Shown here: in pieces, positions 61,396 to 64,000 of the stretch
How positions within the stretch are numbered: the first letter of the stretch is position 1
Layout: every line of letters begins with the position of its first letter
Source of the DNA: Phoronis australis
Lineage: Eukaryota > Animalia > Phoronida
Direction of reading: 5' to 3'
Length of the DNA: 64,000 nucleotides
Assembly: GCA_002633005.1 (NCBI GenBank)
Contig: NMRA01000226.1
Span: 351,142 to 415,141 of the forward strand
The notes under the pieces: model-generated
Seen by the model: the letters and a program-made list of their open reading frames with translations, nothing else
Database searches by the model: none
Told to the model about the DNA's origin: nothing
Program-made: the position numbers and the translations under genes

Positions 61396-62633
61396 AACTG
61401 CGCGTTGCTACACACGTAATTTCGCTTCTAATTGGTTGTTGTGTAGTGTTTTACGTACACCTACGCGCGTAACTTGGCTTCTGATTGGTTGTTAAAGCAA
61501 ACTTCCACGCGACACGTTATAGCCTATGTCAATCGCAGCAGTGTCAAAAGTAATTAAGGTGTGCTGACCATCAAAAGGTCGACAACTGCCTGGCTTTCCC
61601 CACTTATTAGTAGACTAAACAACTGAACAGAACAGCGAGAACTCTGCCTGTGATGACGTCGCTCTTGTTCACAATGTTGGCAGGGCATTAGTTGTCAGTT
61701 CCTCCTCAGCGCTGCAAATGGCTTGACTGACCAATCGGGAGCCAAGTTACGCCGTAGTTAAGTGCGCAATTTTACAACCAATTTGCACGCGTAATATTGC
61801 TTGAAGAACCAAGCACAAACAAAAGTACGCGAGTCCTTACACACGCATAGCTGCACACGGGGATGTTTCTGTTCTGAACCTCTTGGTTCACTATGAACCG
61901 CCGGCGGATTCTTGCCGTTTGCACAGCACACGCAGCTTTTGCGGCCCAGCGAAAAGTCGATTCTAAGAGCGGGCACGAATAGTCAGTGGATTACTATAAA
62001 TGGATTTTTTAAATTCCCTTCTTTCATCTCAGAAATGATTCTCATGTGAAGGAAGCCGCAAATAAGACCGAAGACTGATAGGTTAAACTCACTGGAGTTT
62101 GGTTTTAAAAACTCATGAAGTAAATTTGAATTAATTTTGCAGTGATGGCACTGGGAAAGCATTAAATTAAGATCAGATAAAACACTATTTACACAAGCTA
62201 CATGTGCATGTACCGTCAGCCCCAAGAGCCTGCTAGATCATATTAGCGTCAGCGCTAATTAGTTATACGAAAAATGATCAGCGATTCTGAACACGTAAGG
62301 GCAATAACGTGACTTACGTCAATAAAGGCAAAAGGAATGAGAGCAACAAAAGTAATAAGTGACACTGAACACTGTTTGTTCCCTTTTTCAATTTCCGAAA
62401 AACAAAGTAATATTAATGCAAATGATTTGGAATTGAATTAATTTTGCCATCGGCCCTGTTCTGATCTATTTACGCGTTGATTAGTTTGAGCGCTTCACGA
62501 TTTAAAATTGATACAAATACCCAATACTCGACGTCTATTTCGGAGAACTCGGCTGAAAGCGATCAGACACTGAATTCTTTCAGCGAAGCTTTTAAAACAT
62601 ATAGTCAGTGGGCCAAATCTCATAGCGTTCACC

Positions 62634-62855
62634 CTTGTGAGTACTTTGGGGGGGCAACCTAGTTTTTTCTATGTGGCTAGATAATATAACTAAAAATCAA
62701 ATTCCAAAAAGTTCCCACGTCTACACTTGCACATTTTTTTAAAAAAAGGTGTTTTTGTTGCACAAAANATGTGGGAACTTTTTAGATTTTGAAAACACTC
62801 TAATAAATGAACTAAAAAACACCAAAATAAAATTGCCCCCCTAAAGTACTCACAA
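62634..62855. repeat. Inverted repeat arms of a probable MITE
   Basis: ttgtgagtactttggggggggcaa / ttgcccccctaaagtactcacaa. Confidence 0.55.
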
Positions 62856-64000
62856 AAACCATTTTCTAGAGGCCCTACAAAATCTGGCCCACCGACTAAT
62901 ATTGACTCGTTTGATTGTTTCCAAGATGAAAATTTGTAAATTTGTGCAATAAACTTACGCATTCTGTCAAAACAATGTTTTAATTTGGCCATTTGCCAGC
63001 GCACACTCGGTCTCGTCTTTTCCTTTTCTTAGATAACAAATTATTTCTAGGCTTGAAAAAACTGACAATTTGCTATTATTTCAGAGCAAAATGAATGGCT
63101 TTGCTCGTCAGGGCGGGTGATGCTCAGCGGTCGTCAGGAGATTTTTCTGAGACGTTACTTGAAACACGGATAAGAACGCAATGACGTTGCTTCGAAAGGT
63201 AAAACATTGCTTATGGGGAAAATTGTTTTGGCACCAGCATGACGTGTATGGCGACTTATCATGAAAGATGTGAAATGTCTATTTATTCCCAAGGATCTTA
63301 AAGACGATTTAACCACATAATTGCCATCTTGCGTATTCGAATTTTTAACCTACTGTAAGTATTAGCAAGCAATAAAGACAATATCGGCCACCAAGCCTCA
63401 TTTTGCCTGTCAACTCTGCATATTCATATTTAGTTGATGCTGCCCTCTAGAGGACTGCAGTGAGGTTCACGTTGTGCCGCGCCGTGTGGTACTTTTTGTT
63501 TCCGACTAATTTTACACACAACTGTTACTAAGCACAGCGAAAATGGAAAATATTCTCGTTTACGACTGATGCAAGAAAAAAATAAAGAGAATGTAGTGTG
63601 TATCCCTGTCACATCGGATAAGTACTGAACAAATCGAAAGCAATAATTCATCGTTGACTACCACTGGTCGACTATGGAATTGTAAAGATTCGTGTAGCTT
63701 AAAGTTAGACGAGAAACTTAGCAGAAGAGAGAAACACTACCAGGTGTGAAGCTCTAAGTCGGTCTTTCCAAAGTAAACCGAACCGAATTTCTCACTAAAA
63801 GCGTTCAGCTACACGAAAATGTGAACAATTATTTAAAAAAGTCCGTATGAGGAAGCTGTTCTACTAACTTGTAGTTTAGGCGGCATTTTTACATATTAAC
63901 ACAATTTGCTACTTAAAGAGGCATAGGACGCGAAAGCTCGTCAAAAATATCTGTTAAACCATTCCTGATGAAAGTATCATGTCTCAACGTCTACTACAGA

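Overview
This is eukaryotic, intron-containing, repeat-rich DNA. It most likely comes from a marine invertebrate draft assembly (taxon is inference only), and single-N joins occur at 2680, 10090, 10963, 22929, 23787, 42409 and 62768. Three host genes are supported. (1) A six-exon minus-strand class A neuropeptide-type GPCR (56749->42884, 424 aa) whose splice phases all join cleanly. (2) An intact 457-aa pogo/CENP-B-type transposase-derived ORF (32538-33911) that has lost its DDD catalytic residues and has a splice acceptor just before the ATG, so it is probably domesticated. (3) A 140-aa single-pass membrane protein with a KCNE-like transmembrane segment, present twice (4617-5039 and 11163-11585). 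Three N-adjacent duplications look like uncollapsed haplotypes. Comparing the copies shows filled versus empty transposon sites (a TTAA Kolobok-type element, a Helentron-type HINE, MULE- and hAT-type MITEs), TA->TACATGTA footprint-like indels and a recurrent CTGA/TCAG 4-bp indel. All alignments were done by eye and no database search was run.
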